Shown here: in pieces, positions 13,251 through 26,300 of the stretch
How positions within the stretch are numbered: the first letter of the stretch is position 1
How the letters are laid out: every line of letters starts with the position of its first letter
Assembly: GCA_018398765.1 (NCBI GenBank)
Contig: JAHBMJ010000394.1
Span: 1-49,106 of the forward strand
Reading direction: 5' to 3'
DNA length: 49,106 bases
From: Chromera velia
Lineage: Eukaryota
Notes under the pieces: generated by a model
What the model saw: only the letters and a program-made list of their open reading frames with translations
What the model was told of the DNA's origin: nothing
Databases searched by the model: none
Translations under genes and position numbers: made by a program

Positions 13251-16200
13251 ATGTATGGGTGTACGGAAATGCGGTCTCTTTTTTTGCCCTTTGGACTCCT
13301 TTTTTTTTAGCCTTTTCTGCATGCGTGAGAGAAATGACAAACGCTTTTGGCTGAGGACAGAGAGAAACAAACATTCATTCAGCTGTTGAGAGTTTCGTGA
13401 GGGGTCCCCACCTTTGTCCCTCCAAAATGAAGACCTCCGGAGCATTTGAGCTTCGGAGGAGATCGGTGCACTTCACACAAGAAAATGTCTTCACAGAGGT
13501 TATCGTTGAGTTCTTTCGTTGAAAAAAATCACGAACGTATCGTCGCATCGCATGGAAGATTGGGAGTTCATTCCCCTTTGTTCCTTCCTTCCTTCCTTCC
13601 TTCCTTCTTTCTCTCTGTGCAGAGACAACATCACGCAGCTGTTTCTTCATCGCCTCTTTAACACAACCCTCTGGTACCTTTTTCTTGAGTCAGTTTATCC
13701 CTCTACCTGTTTCTTGAGTCAGTTTATATCTCTACCTGTTTCTTGAGTCAGTTTATCCTTCTACCTGTTTCTTGAGTCAGTTTATATCTCTACCTGTTTC
13801 TTGAGTCAGTTTATCCCCCTACCTGTTGCTTGAGTCAGTTTTTCCCTGAGCAGAACGGAAGAGAAACCTTTCCATCGTCCCTCCGGCTCTCCGTGCTCGA
13901 GTGGGTGCACACGTGCGCCTGCCTGCCTGTACACGCGCGTGTGTGAGAGAGAGATTACCCGCCCAATCTTGCGCCCATCGACCCCTCCTTCTGCTTCTGA
14001 ATTTTCCTTTTTTCATCTTCTTCTCTCTTTTTTTCAGGACGCACACTCTTGAGAGGGAAGCAGACACACCCAAAAGGACGTCTGCAAGCCCTCCTGAGAT
14101 CCCTCTAGGGAAGCGCACAAGCGGGAGGGCTGCGCCTGTGGATCTGAAGGCAGGAACTGCAGCAGCAGCCTCGGGAGGAAAAGAGCCTCCTCAGGCGTTT
14201 CTGCGTCCTCGTAGTGTGGCAGGGCGTCTCTTCTGCGACATTTGTGATCATGCGCAATCGTCAGTGAGTGCTCTCTGGTGCTTGCTGTCTTCGTCCTTTG
14301 CTCGCTATTTTGGCTTCTCTCCATTGCCTCTTGTTTCCTCTACCCTTTTTTGTTCGTCGTTTTCCATCCATCTCGTCTTTTATTTTTTTCTGTCTTTCGT
14401 CTTTGGGCCTTGATGCTCTCGTCAACATTCTCAGTTTCCAGTCAAAATGGGAACAATAATCTGCTTTTCGTCATCTCGTTGACAGTCTCAGCAGTCTGCT
14501 GCGTGTACCGGTTTCTCTTGCTTCCCCTGCCCAAATATTCTTTTCGATCTCTTTGTGTCTGTGTGAGTGAGTGAGTGCAGACGGTCCATCCGTCGAGGAA
14601 GTTCCTCCTTCAGCCATCGAAGGGGAGACGACTTCACAGATTCTCGTGAGGCCATCAGAGCTGCCATCTCTTCCTTCTCCCAGGTTCAGAGGGTAGTCCT
14701 CTGTCCCTCTCCCCTGCCTGCTCACCTAGACCCGCTTGTTCACCCATCACTGGTCTGTGCGTGTGAGTGCTGCCGTCTTGGGACCTCATTCGCACCCCAC
14801 ATTTCTGAGGGACAGGTGGCGTCTCTGAAAGTGCCCCTGCCGCTTCTGCGAGCAGAGTGTTTCCCCTACTCTCGAATCACAAACAGAAGACCTCTGACGG
14901 AGCGCGCAAACCCCCTCAAAGCCCCCCGCAGGACCCCGGAACCCGGAACGTTGGTGAGGGACCCATCAGGTAAGCACAGCAGGGCATATCCCCCGGCGAA
15001 ACGCCGGAGGCTGCTCACTGCGGGAGATGAACAGAGAAGTTTCGAGCCTCTGTCTGCCGAGGAGGTGGCAGAACCAGAAATCAGATTCACACCTGCAGGC
15101 ACACTCAACCGCCCCCCCCCGCCGGTGCTCGCGTCCTCATCGGCAGTAGAACTGCGCTGTGTGGAGACAGGGGGGGAACCTGGGAAGGCACGGCTGATCT
15201 TGGTGAATTCTGAACTCATACGTGATGGGGCTGGAGGGTCTGCTGCGATGGGGGGAAAGAACGCAGGGGGTGTCCAGACGAATGGGTCTGTGCGTCGTTC
15301 GTCTAAGTCTTCAGGCAGGCAGGGAGTTGTAGGGCGTGCTCCCTGCGTGAACATGGCGTTCTTGCTCTGGCAGACTGTGGTGGGGACAAGGAGTGTCCTT
15401 CCTCTTCTGCCAGATTTCCAATTCCACCCCGTACTGAAAGGAGCCCTCCGCAGAGGAAATGAAGGGAGAGGGCGGGCAGACTCGGAAGCTGGCCGCCGCG
15501 CCCTTTCTCCCGACTCTTCTGGGGGGGGGAGCAGAAAGGCACAGCAGCAGCAGCAGCAGAAGGTCGTCAAAGGAACCCGGAGGTCTGAGAAGGAACCCGA
15601 GGGTGCACGACACTCCTCTCGCCAGGTAGACGGAGAAAGGGAAGATGAATCGAGGAAGGATGAGATTGTTCAGAAGATCGTGGAACGTGTCACGGCCGCG
15701 GGTCTTCTGCGAGGTGTTTTGAGAACGCTTTCTTCACTGGGACGGGGGGGAGAAACATCTGAAAAGGATTCCCACGCAGTCTCTGCTGGTCAGTCTGTCA
15801 ACAGAGGTCTTTTCTGTTTCTCTCGGACGCGCACTCATCCATCTCTTTCTTCTATGAAATACGCATGAAGAAATTGCCGCTTTCGAGACTAGCACCTCTT
15901 CTACTTCGTTTTCAGCGGGGAATCTTCTTCTCTCCTTGCCTGCCTGTCTGTGTGTGGTCTATTGCAGACGGGAAAACCAGTGAGAAAAGCGCGAGGCCCG
16001 AGGGGGGTGGTGGTGCAGATGGTAACGAGACTGACCTTCGGTGGCACGGGAGTCATGGAGTGGCCCCAGAAGGGTTTGGGCTCCTCCTCAGAGATACCAC
16101 CCTGTCGGATTTGGGCGTCTCTCTCCGTGTGTCGGGTCTTCTGGAGGGGGTATCTGACTGCGCCGCCACGTGCTCCAATCCTTCGTGTCTGGCTGTCCGA

Positions 16201-17107
16201 CTGCTGTGGGAGGTCCGTTGGTCGGGTAGAGAGAGTGTTATGAAGTCAAGCTAGATGGGGGGAAAGAACAGACTGGGTCAATGTTTTCTTTGTCGTCGCT
16301 CCTTTTCCACACTAGAGACTGGATGTTGACTTTCCAAACTGTGCGGAAGGCGTTTTCGGTATCCAGCCTGTGAGTAACAGGTCTTTGCGTGACTTCTGCT
16401 GATTTCCCAGTCTCGCTTTTGCCTGCTTCAGCACAAATTAATTGATCTCTATGTCCACCAGCTTTTATTCTGCCTGCCTGCCTTAATTCCTACATGCAGG
16501 TGTCCACAGCATTTCTCGGGGAGTCTGCAACTCCTCACACGTGCGAGTTGTGCGGTGCTACAAACACTGAGCTCTCCTTCTTCCTTACGCTCTCACGTTC
16601 AGAAACCTCCAGACATGTCACATGTCCACCTCTGCCTACCTGTCTGGCTGAGTTGGGTTCTCGGATGCATCTGGCTCCCCCCTCTCCCATCATTCCCTTA
16701 CTTTCTCCCCAAAGGTCTGCTTCTTCTCTGCCTCTCCAGGCCCACCATCCTGGAGGCCCCTTCGCTCCAGGTTCTCCCAGAACGAATTTTCAAACTGACG
16801 GTGGTGGTGTTGGGGGTCTTGAGGAGAACAGAACAGGAATGCAGATTGGACGCAGGGCCTCAGAGGGAAGTAGGACACACAAACCAAGGGGACCGCTTAT
16901 GTTTCTGAGAGCCCGCAGTGAGATGATGGTGGCAGGTGTGCCCCCCGACAAAGACAGGGACTTTCCGTCCAACGAGATGCTGGCTGCAGTCAACCCCCAG
17001 ATCTTCTGGTCCCTGGTTCTTTTCTTCAGTCTGCGCGTCGAGGCGCTTCGGTGGGTTCTTTCGTTCGCTTGTGAATGTCTTTCTGACCTATCGTCATTTT
17101 GCCCTGA

Positions 17108-17158
<51 letters not shown>

Positions 17159-20100
17159 GGTGTCTGTCTGTCTGCCTGTCTGCCTGTCTGTCTGTCGTCT
17201 GTCTGTGTATCTGCCTGTACATGAAGAAAAGAATGGAGAAAGAGAGACATATAGTTGTCTGTTGTCTACGTGAAAAGAGCATGAGCGGGAAAAAGAGAGA
17301 AAGTCATACATAGTCTCTCCGTACCTGTGCGCACCTGCCCGTCCTCGTTTCTTGTCTGTATGTCTGTCCTGGCTTTTTGTCTCGGTGAATCAAAAAGAGA
17401 CTTTTGAGAAGGCCGAAGGCAGCACTCACACAGTGCACTCATTCGTTCCGTAGAACTTGTCAGATACCGCTTTTCGTCTCACTTTCACTGATGTTTTGTG
17501 ACAGGCGGGCAGAGGAGCGTCGTTAGCATCTTTGTCTGTCATATCAACGCTTCCTTCGCTTTTTCTTCTTCTCTCCCTGCATGTCCCTGCAGGGAAGGGA
17601 AGCTCCTTGCAAGCTGGCCGATGCATTTCCTCTGTCGGAGATTTCTTTCCGAGGTCGCGGGGCCCGCTCCCCTGCCTCTCGAGTGCCCTCTCCTTCCCGT
17701 AGCGCTCCCTCCTCCTGCTGCGCCTGGTGCCCCTCTAAGTCCTCCAGAGGCAGCCGGAACCTCAGTCCCTTTGCCTTCCCCTGCTGCGGGGGCAGAAGAG
17801 AGCAAAGCCGCCCCAAGCCTATCACCAGAGACCCCAGATGCCCCCGCCATCCCCGCTCCCCCGTCAGGTGGGAGGCCTATCTCCAACGCTGTGAGAGGTC
17901 AGCATCGGATGGGAACGGGCAGTCGGGGGTTGAGTGAGCCGCCCCTGTGGTCCCTTGTCGTGCATGCCGAGAGGGGGGGAGGGGGGTCTGGGGCAGGCTC
18001 TTCTTCTTCTGCGACAGGTGCCCGGACTCGTCTGTCGAGACAGGGCACCTCGTCCTCCGGTCTGGAGTTCTCCCCCTTCCTTGGCAGCTTTTTGCCAAGA
18101 GGGAAGTCAATTCATTCAGTCACAATCGGGGGTGGGGGGGGGTCTTCGGTCAATTCACAGACCCGCCAAGGGCGGCGCCGAAGCAGACCGATACGGTCAG
18201 TCCCTGCGATTCACTTCCGCGCTGCCCGAGCAATGGAAGAACAGTTCCGAGCTCTGGCTGAGGGTCTCGAGAGAGACAGGGGAGATTCTCGTAGTTGCAG
18301 TAGAAGCCCGACATCAAGACCCACCAAAGCAGAAAGAGAAAGGGGGGAAATGGGGTCCCCCCTTCCTGGAGGGTCAGGAGGAAGTGGAGGTGCTTGGCTT
18401 GAGGAAATGGACGTCCCAGATGGGGCAGGGGATGCGACATTATTATCAGGGGAGGGGGCAGATCGGTTTTGGGAGGCAGGTGGGGGGACGATGTCAGGGC
18501 GGTCCCCTGCCACCACAGCTTTACTCTCACGATCACAGATGGCCAGAATACACAGTCAGCACAGCCGTACTTGGGGAGACGAGGGGGATCAGAGGGGGGA
18601 ACGGGGGGGCTCTTCGCGTTTTCATGCACAGACATATGGGATGGGAGAGGAGATGGAGTCTCAGCGAGAGGGTCGGCGATCGGGAGGGAGAAAATCGGGA
18701 GGAAAGAAGAACAGAGGGAGTAAGGGGCGACAGCAGAAAGAGAGCGGAAAGGTTCCTTGTTTGAGCATTGACCTTCACACAGCAATGACGGAAGATCATT
18801 TAGAGGGGGAGAGGGGGGAGTCGAAATCATCCCATCAGAATTCCTCAACTCGCCGTCTTCGCCCGTCCCCTTCTGGTCTCCGTGACCGTTCCAAGCGGTC
18901 TGCTGCTGAAGGCGCCGAGAAAGCCACCCGATCCCTGGAGGCATCTAGTGTCCGAAGGCTGTCGGGTGTTCAGCCTGGGGGCTCCTCTTCGTTTCGAGAG
19001 AAGAGAACAGGCACTGCCTCAGGTACGGGGGACACTTTTTTCCTTAGCTCGGACAATTTGGGTGGCATGCACATGGGGAGAAAGGGGCGGGGAGACAGAC
19101 CGTCACAGGAGCATGCGGCCTCCTCAAGCCGGGCTCTCCACTGGTCTCGGTCCACCATGTTGTCTAGCACTAAAGGATCCCCCTCTTCGTTTCCCAACCC
19201 CAAAAGGAGTGGAGGAGGCAGGCGGAGCCAGGGTGTGTCTGCTGAATGGTACACCGCTGAGGTTTTGGGTGGTCAGAGTGGAAAGGAAAAGAAGGGGGGC
19301 CTGAGAAAGGCAGCGAAAAAAAGAATTAAAAGGAGACGGAGAGCCTCGTCTGTGTTCCTAAAGCCCAGAACAGAAAGAGAAAAAAGAGAGTCTCCCAAAA
19401 CGTATGATGATCGAGACTTCAGAGAAGACTCTTCCGACTCTTCACTTATTGAACAGCAGCAGCAGCAGAGAGAAGAGGGAAAGCAACAGCATGCAGGAAT
19501 AAGTACTCTCTCCGCGCTTCAAGATGCGACTGTTTCAAATTCACGAGATGGGGAGTTATCTCACACAACAGTGAGAAGGTGGGGTACAGAAGAGTACGCA
19601 GGAGGAGACCATTCTGCTTCCCTAGCTAGAGGTGTTCAGAATTCTCCCCGTCCAGCAGCAGACAGACGAGTCGGAGTGAAAAAAAACAAAACTTTCCATT
19701 CCTCCAGATCCGCCCTTCAGGGTTCTGCCTCTGTCTCCCGAGGGGCATCCTCGACTTTGCGGGCTGGGGATGGAAAGAAGGGTAAGGTGGGAGGCCGAGG
19801 AAAAGAAGGACTGATAGGGGACCGACGTCAGCCCAGAGATGGACGTAAGGGGGTAGACGTTGCAAAATCAGTTCCGAAGAAAAAGAAAAAGAAGGTGATC
19901 AGTGCTCATGCGGGGGGAAAGAAAGTGACTTTGTCTCCTCAGAGGCCTAGAATGCCTCTCCAAGATCCCCCAAGAAGAGAGAGGCGGCAGGTAGAAGAAC
20001 GCAGAGTTGAAAGAGGACGCCGTGAAGCTTCGCGCACAGGGGGCGGGAGACGGGCTGTTGTGACTCAGGTCGACCTGTCCACTTCGTCTCTGGGGGTGCC

Positions 20101-21598
20101 CCGACGAGGTACAGTTGCACGAGCGGGTAGCACAGCGAGTGAGAGACCCGAGGCGTCTCTGACACACACAACGCGCCTTCCGGAACGGTATCTGAAACCC
20201 CCGTGTGACCAGCGCATGTCGCAGTCCCGTCCAGCGTCTCTAGCTGCCTCAAGTCCCCCCACAGTATTGGACACCCTCCCAACTTCCCTTGATCCTCCTC
20301 TTCCTCGCCAGTCCCCGGCTTCCTCCTCTTCCCGCCCCCCTCCCTCGACCATTGAGACGTTTGCTCACAGGGGGACCAGACAAGCCCCTGAGGTTCTACC
20401 GGTAGTCAGGCAGAGACAGTGGGGGGGCGCGCGTTCAGCAGCAGCAGAAGAGTCCTCCAGTTTGCACACCCAACCTGTTCTGTCTCGGTCGTTTGCAGAC
20501 GCCCCGCGTCCATCAGCTACCATCGTAGCACCCCGACCAGCAACCTCTCAGAGTCAGTACGCCCCCTCTCCCTCCCCCTCGCCCCCCCACGCTCCGCTCA
20601 CAACTACTCGCTTTGCAGATGCAGTTGAAGGAGAGCTGTCCCCGGGTCTCAAGAGAGGGGGAGGGGGGGCGCCCTCCGGTTGGGGCGGTTCCTCCGTCTC
20701 CGTCTCTGCATCGGTCGAACGAAACTCGCGCACTCCATCTCCCGAACCCGAACCGTCCATTTCCCTCACCCCCTCAGTCACGGCCCCAGGGAGGGTACCA
20801 CACAACAGCAACAGCAACAGCTGCACACAGGAGGCACCTGTGTCGGTCGGCCAGGCGCTCTCGGCCCTCCAGCGCCGAATGGACCCCGGCTCCCCCCTGG
20901 ACGATGCCGGGGCCCGTGGCCCTCCTTCTCGAAGGCTGGACGGGGGGCTCGTAAATTTGTCACGAGAAAGCGATCCCCCCTTTCTGCAGGAGGAGCCCTG
21001 TGATTCGTTCAGAGAGAGCCGGGAGACAGCAGCGTCTTCAGACGTACACCCGCCCTCTGCCGTGAGGAGACGGGATGCGCGTGGGATAGCAGGAGGGGGG
21101 GGGCGCAATAGCGCTGCCAGACTTCCTTGTGAGCCTGTGAGGTTGCGTCAACAAGAGAAAAAGAGGGAAAAGGAAGAGGGTCGCAGCAGAGGACCCCCCC
21201 CGACTTCCTCTGTCCGTCTGCAGCAGGGATCCTCCTCGGGGCAGAGAGGGCGGGGCGTCAGTCAAGCAGAGTGGCAGCAAGAGAGGAGACGGGGAGACGG
21301 ACAGACCGCAGGTCCCCCCCGTGCAGCTCAAAATCCTCCTTCTTCTTCTTCCCTTTCCGCATCTGGGGACGTCAGAAGATCGCATGGAGGGGGCTCTCAC
21401 CGATCAACTCGAGGGCTGACCTCTGTCTCCGGTTCTCCTGCCCCGCCTCCCTCCCGGAGGCAGTTAGGGTCCTCCTCTCCTCTCCCTCCCCATGCAGTTG
21501 CATCTCCCCTGAGGGCAAGGGACGTTCTGGATGCGGTCGCATCTGAAATGCTTCCTTCCCCTTCGTCCCCTTCCTCGCGGTCACAGCGCTATCGATAG
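8153..21598 (+). CDS. Large multi-exon DENN-domain protein (Rab GEF family) with very long low-complexity regions
   Basis: uDENN-like EFYFTVG...FAPTVLDFCPD...FFNFAL..FIGCLVVYE; cDENN motifs PRILCVMSRVP, LLLLENKVVFIS, PFSWPHPFIPLLP, LQAPIPFLYG, VDLD; dDENN-like LQCAMLRIFGNYR. Exon 1 8153-9361 (GTCAGT donor), exon 2 9538-12665, several internal exons, last exon ~17593-21598 ending in TAG. Confidence 0.88.
13675..13848 (+). repeat. 29-bp minisatellite x6 (TACCTGTTTCTTGAGTCAGTTTATCCCTC) in a DENN-gene intron
   Basis: Six contiguous 29-bp units read directly; units 2 and 4 end ATATCTC, while 1, 3 and 5 end ATCCCTC/ATCCTTC/ATCCCCC. Confidence 0.95.
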
Positions 21599-22366
21599 AG
21601 GCGGAAGATGCATAGTAGAAAGAAAGGAGATGAATGAAAGGATCGCTGGGGCTGCGAGGGCTCTCTGGGCCCCTTTCGCCGTTCCCCTCGGCAAGTCACC
21701 CCTGTATGGAGTGGCATTTTTTCAATGCACGTACGTCAACATGCATTTTCATGATAAATTAATCCGTGTACGTGTGCAGTCATGCCCGAATTCAATTCAT
21801 GCGCGATGCCATGCAGTGATGGATGTGGCGACGTGTTTTTTGGCTTGTTTCATCGGCCTGTCTTGCGCTCATCTCAGCGCCGGCCTTGTAGTCTAGCTCG
21901 TAGTACAAGTGCTCGTCGTCGAAAGGAGCACTTGATTTTTGTTGAAACAATGTTGCCGATGCTTGTACGCGCCTTCCATTGAAAGGTCAGTCCACTCAGC
22001 CGAAGCGTTGGACGGATGCGCTGTTATTCGTGCATACTCGTTTGCTTGTTAAAGCATGGAGATCCCGATGAATATGCATTTGGTGAAGCCTGACAGGCAT
22101 GAACGCATGCAGGCCTCTGTGGATGGAATTTGTGATTGATGGATTCATGTAAATTAAAAACGATAGGATCAGAGCCATCGATCCAAGTCAGGCCCTTTAA
22201 ATTGTGACATGAGTGGCGTGTGTCTTAGAATGTGTTGAACTAGGTGTTGAAACTCATTCAATTATCATACTCGCTCAATCATTTAAAAATCTAGTTTAAA
22301 AATAGGCTAGAAAATACGCTGAACACCAAGTTGGTCTGTAAGACATAGGATAGGATTTGTGCCTAC

Positions 22367-22427
22367 ATTGATTGATTGATTGATTGATATGTTCCGCCCT
22401 AGGGCCTTCCCGCTATGTCTATCTGTC
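22367..22427 (-). repeat. Left TIR of the retroelement: (ATTG)5 + ATATGTTCCGCCCTAGGGCCTTCCCGCTATGTCTATCTGTC
   Basis: Exact reverse complement of 28090-28150; contains the palindrome GCCCTAGGGC. Confidence 0.97.
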
Positions 22428-22689
22428 TGTGTACTAGCATTTATGTTTTAAGTTTTCATGCGGTCCATTGTTGTGCGTCGATTTGCTCCGTTCTATATAT
22501 ATATACAGCCTGTAGCTATACTATTCGCTACCCTCCAACTCTCTTTCACACTCACTGAAAAAAGATGTAGACCAGTGTGCTCCCCCCCCCTTGTGCCCTC
22601 CTTTGCGTGCAGAGCGATATGAAGGCGAGTACACAGAGAAGGACGGGGCAACTCCGAACAGAGAAAGGACCAATCCACCCGCAGGGGGG

Positions 22690-23355
22690 ATGGAGAGAAA
22701 CCAAGTGAAAAAAGGTGGAGGATTTTTGTTGGGAAGAAGGACAGGAGGGAAGGAGAGTCCAGGGGAGGACAAAAAAGAAAAAAACGATTTCGTTCCCTTT
22801 CAGTTAGACCCCTGGGATATAGATTGTGGCCCTGCCAGAGAGAAAGAACCAGAAAACACCCTCGAGCATCCCAGATGTTTCTGCAGCATACATCCATTCT
22901 CGATCAACACACTCGAGCAAGACGGATCCCGGTTTGGCTTCTCTTTCTCCTCAGAAATCGAAAGCTCGTTAGAGAAGAAGAATAGTTTAATTCACAAAGA
23001 CGAACAAATACGTGCCAACATATGTTTATGTGTATGTTCTTCTCTTTCTTATTCCGTTCGAGCTTCTTTGCCTCATTGTCCCCCACCAGGTCCGTCTCCT
23101 TACAGCTCCACTACTTCTTCTGCGTCTTCCTCTTGTTTTTTTTTTTTCAAGTCTCTTAGTTTTTGTTCCTCTTTCCCTGGCACTGGCGGGGGAAAGAAAG
23201 AGGGCGGGAAAGAACAGGGAGGGAGGGGTGGGAAGAGGCCAGACCGCCGGGAGATTTCTTCTTCTTCTTCTTCTTCTTCTTCTTCCTCCTCCTCCTCCTC
23301 TTCTCCTCCTCCTATTCCCTCTTCTTCTTTTTCTTCTTCTTCTTCTTCTTTTTCT

Positions 23356-23390
<35 letters not shown>

Positions 23391-26300
23391 TTCTTCTGCT
23401 TCTTCTGCTTCTTCTTTTTTTTTTTCTTCTTCTTCTTCTTCTTCTTCTTCTTCTTCTTCTTCTTCTTCTTCTTCTTCTTCCTCTTCTCCTTCTTCTTCTT
23501 CTTCGTCTTCATCTTCGTCTTCGTCCTCGTCTTCGTCTTCGTCTTTGCCTTCTTCTTCTTCCTCTTCTTCTTCTTCCTCTTCTTCGTCTTCCTCTTCTTC
23601 CTTTTCTTTTTTGTCTTCCCCCGCGACGAACAGAAAGAGCAAACAAAACAAGAAAGACAAAGGAGTAGAGATGTGGGCTCTGAACATAAGGGGAAGAACG
23701 GAGAATTTGGTGCAAAGCCCGCTTTTCGCAGAAGAAACGAAAGGAGCCGACATCCTCTTTATGAATGAAACTAGAACAGAGAGGACAGTGTACAGTGTGA
23801 ATGGAGGAAGACTACAAGGAACGAATTTCCCGTTAGTAAGGGAGGGAAGAGAAGTGACGACAACAGGGGGGGTGATGGTATTGATGAGCAGAAAGGCAAA
23901 AGAGCTGGGCTTTACGACAGAAAGAGCAACGGAGATAGTGGTATTTGCAGAAGCACCAGGCTTCCCGCTCTTCATTGGCTTGTATGACCCCCATGAAGAG
24001 TCGAACTACGCAGATGAGACACACCTTAACAATTTCGCAGAGAGAATCGAAGAGAAAAGAGAAGAGAGAGAAAGAAAAGGAGAGAGCAGATTCTCAGAGG
24101 TCTGCGTGATAGGGGACTTCAACGCCCGCACTGGAAAGAAAACTCCTCTGATAGTCTGGACAGGGAAGGGAGGGGGAGAAGAGGAAGAGTGGGCACGAAC
24201 AGGCGGGAGAGAGGAAGTTTTCAGACCGGAGAGGGAGTCTGAAGACGAGACAGAGAACACGAAGGGAAGGGCTCTTATTCGTTTTTGTGAGATGGTGGGC
24301 ATTGTTCCTCTGAATGGACTGAGGCGGTGTGCGGTCGAAGAGGGGGGGGAGAAGGTAGCTTTCAACTTCGATGGATCGTTTACCTTCGACAGGGGGGGAG
24401 ACAGAGAGAGGTCCCTGATCGACTATGCATGCATGTCTCCTGTGTTTCTGCCATCTGTTCTTCTTTTTTCTGTATTTTGTGTGTGCTCAGCTCGGTCAGA
24501 CCATTCAGCTCTTAGATTAGTCCTGAGGGAGGAAGAAAGAGAGAATGAGAGCGGCGAGGGAAGAGGAAACGAGGAAGAGAACGAAGCCAACCAAGAACAG
24601 AACAAAAAGAAAAGAAGAAAAGATAGGCGAAGAAAGACAAAAAAGAGGGAAAAGAGAAAGAAAAACGAGAAAAGAGAAGATCAAATCAAGCCAAGATGGA
24701 AGGGAACGCTCACAAAGGAAGGAGAGGAGAGGTATCTCCAAGAGCTTCAGAAAAGAGTGAAGGAGGAAAAAGTGAGTGACTCAGAGGTCTTTCAGAAAGC
24801 AATGGATATAGAAGAGGGAGAAGAAATAAAGAAAGACTTGCTCGACGAAGCATACCAGAAGTTCCAACACATCAGAGAGAAAACCTTCATGTGGGCAACA
24901 AGGAAGGAGAAGAAAAAATAAAGAAAAAGGGAGAGGAAAGAAGAGCCAGCAGAAGCGCTGAGAGAGGAAGGAAGAAAGTAAATAAGAAAACTCAGAAGAA
25001 TAGAGAGAAAAGTGAGAGAGGAAATCAGAGGCCTGAAAGCAGAAAGAGAGCAGAGAGATGAACGAGAAAACGAGAGCAACACCTCAGCTCAGGAAGGAGA
25101 AAGATTGAGACAGACATATGAGGAGAGGAGAAAACAGTTAGTCATGATAGAGAGAGCGCTGAGAAACATGGTGACGAGAGAGCAACGGAAGACAGAAAAG
25201 AGAAAGATGGAGAACATAAGAGCCGAAATAAATGAAGGAAGCTGCTGGAAGGTGTGGAGGAGACTCGGTGAGGAAGACAGGAGGGCAGCACCAAGAAAAA
25301 CAAAAGACAGCATGACGACCCAACAGGTAGCAGAAGGTTTCAAACAAACGTACGAGCTGCCAAAGGAAGAGAAAGAAGAGAGAAAGAGGGAACAAGAAAG
25401 AAAAACGACAGTGAGTAGAGCGATTAAGGAGAAAGGATGGCATATAACAGAGGAAAAGGAGGTAAGGAAGGCAATGAAAAGAGCAGGCAACCCCAGAAAG
25501 GCCACTGGGAAGGACGGAATGCCCCCAGGAATGCTGAGAACGATAGAAAAATCGACTCAGCTGGTATCTTTATATGTTTTGTTAATTAATGTTGCATATC
25601 GTTTTGGTTGGTGGCCGAAAGGGTGGAATGACTTGCCGGTGACGGCCCTTCCAAAACCGGGTAAGTCACTCGCACTAATTAGGGGATGGAGGGGAGTGCA
25701 CCTGGTGGTAGCAGATACGAAATGGGGGGACATGATCATGAGAACAAAGGTGGAAAAGGAAGCCAGACAGACGCCATAGCAGTTCACATACAAGAGAAAG
25801 ACAGGCACATGCGATGCAATTTTTCTTTTGCTGTTCGTTATAGCTCGAATGGAAGTGCTCAGTGTTGCTTTTGTTGACTTCACACGGGCTTTCGACGAAG
25901 TGAGGCTGAAAAAGTTAAAAGAGAAATTGAGAAAGGCGGGGGTGGAGGAAGGCCTGATCAGATGGGTTGAGGCCTCTCTGGAAAAAGTGAGGGCACGGGT
26001 GAAGGGAACGAGCATGTGGTACCCGGAAGACAAAGGACTCAAGCAAGGAGGCCCGAGCGGCCCTTCCCTTTACTCTGTGTACACACATGACTTGCCAGAG
26101 GAAGTAGGAAAGAGGAAAGGACAGAGACGATAGACCGACAGACAGAGGCCAAAGGTGCCGGCAGGAGAAAACGGGAGGTGGGTCGATTTCCTTGCCTCTC
26201 TGTTCACAGATGACACAACACTCCTCGAATCCTCAGATAGACAGTTGAACCTTCTTCTTTTGAACCTTGTAGCCTTTGTAGAACCTCTCCGTCTTCTATT

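Noticed and set aside
13675..13848. CRISPR-like array of 29-bp repeats
   Set aside because: Units are contiguous with no unique spacers, no cas genes are present, and the context is a eukaryotic intron.
9628..21400. Many overlapping antisense and alternate-frame ORFs within the DENN exons
   Set aside because: Expected shadows of GC-rich low-complexity coding sequence; no recognisable motifs.
22190..22210. GGCCCTTTAAATTGTGACA resembling the TIR of the 46699 MITE, as the end of an element hosting the LINE
   Set aside because: Short imperfect match, and no convincing partner TIR right of 28158.
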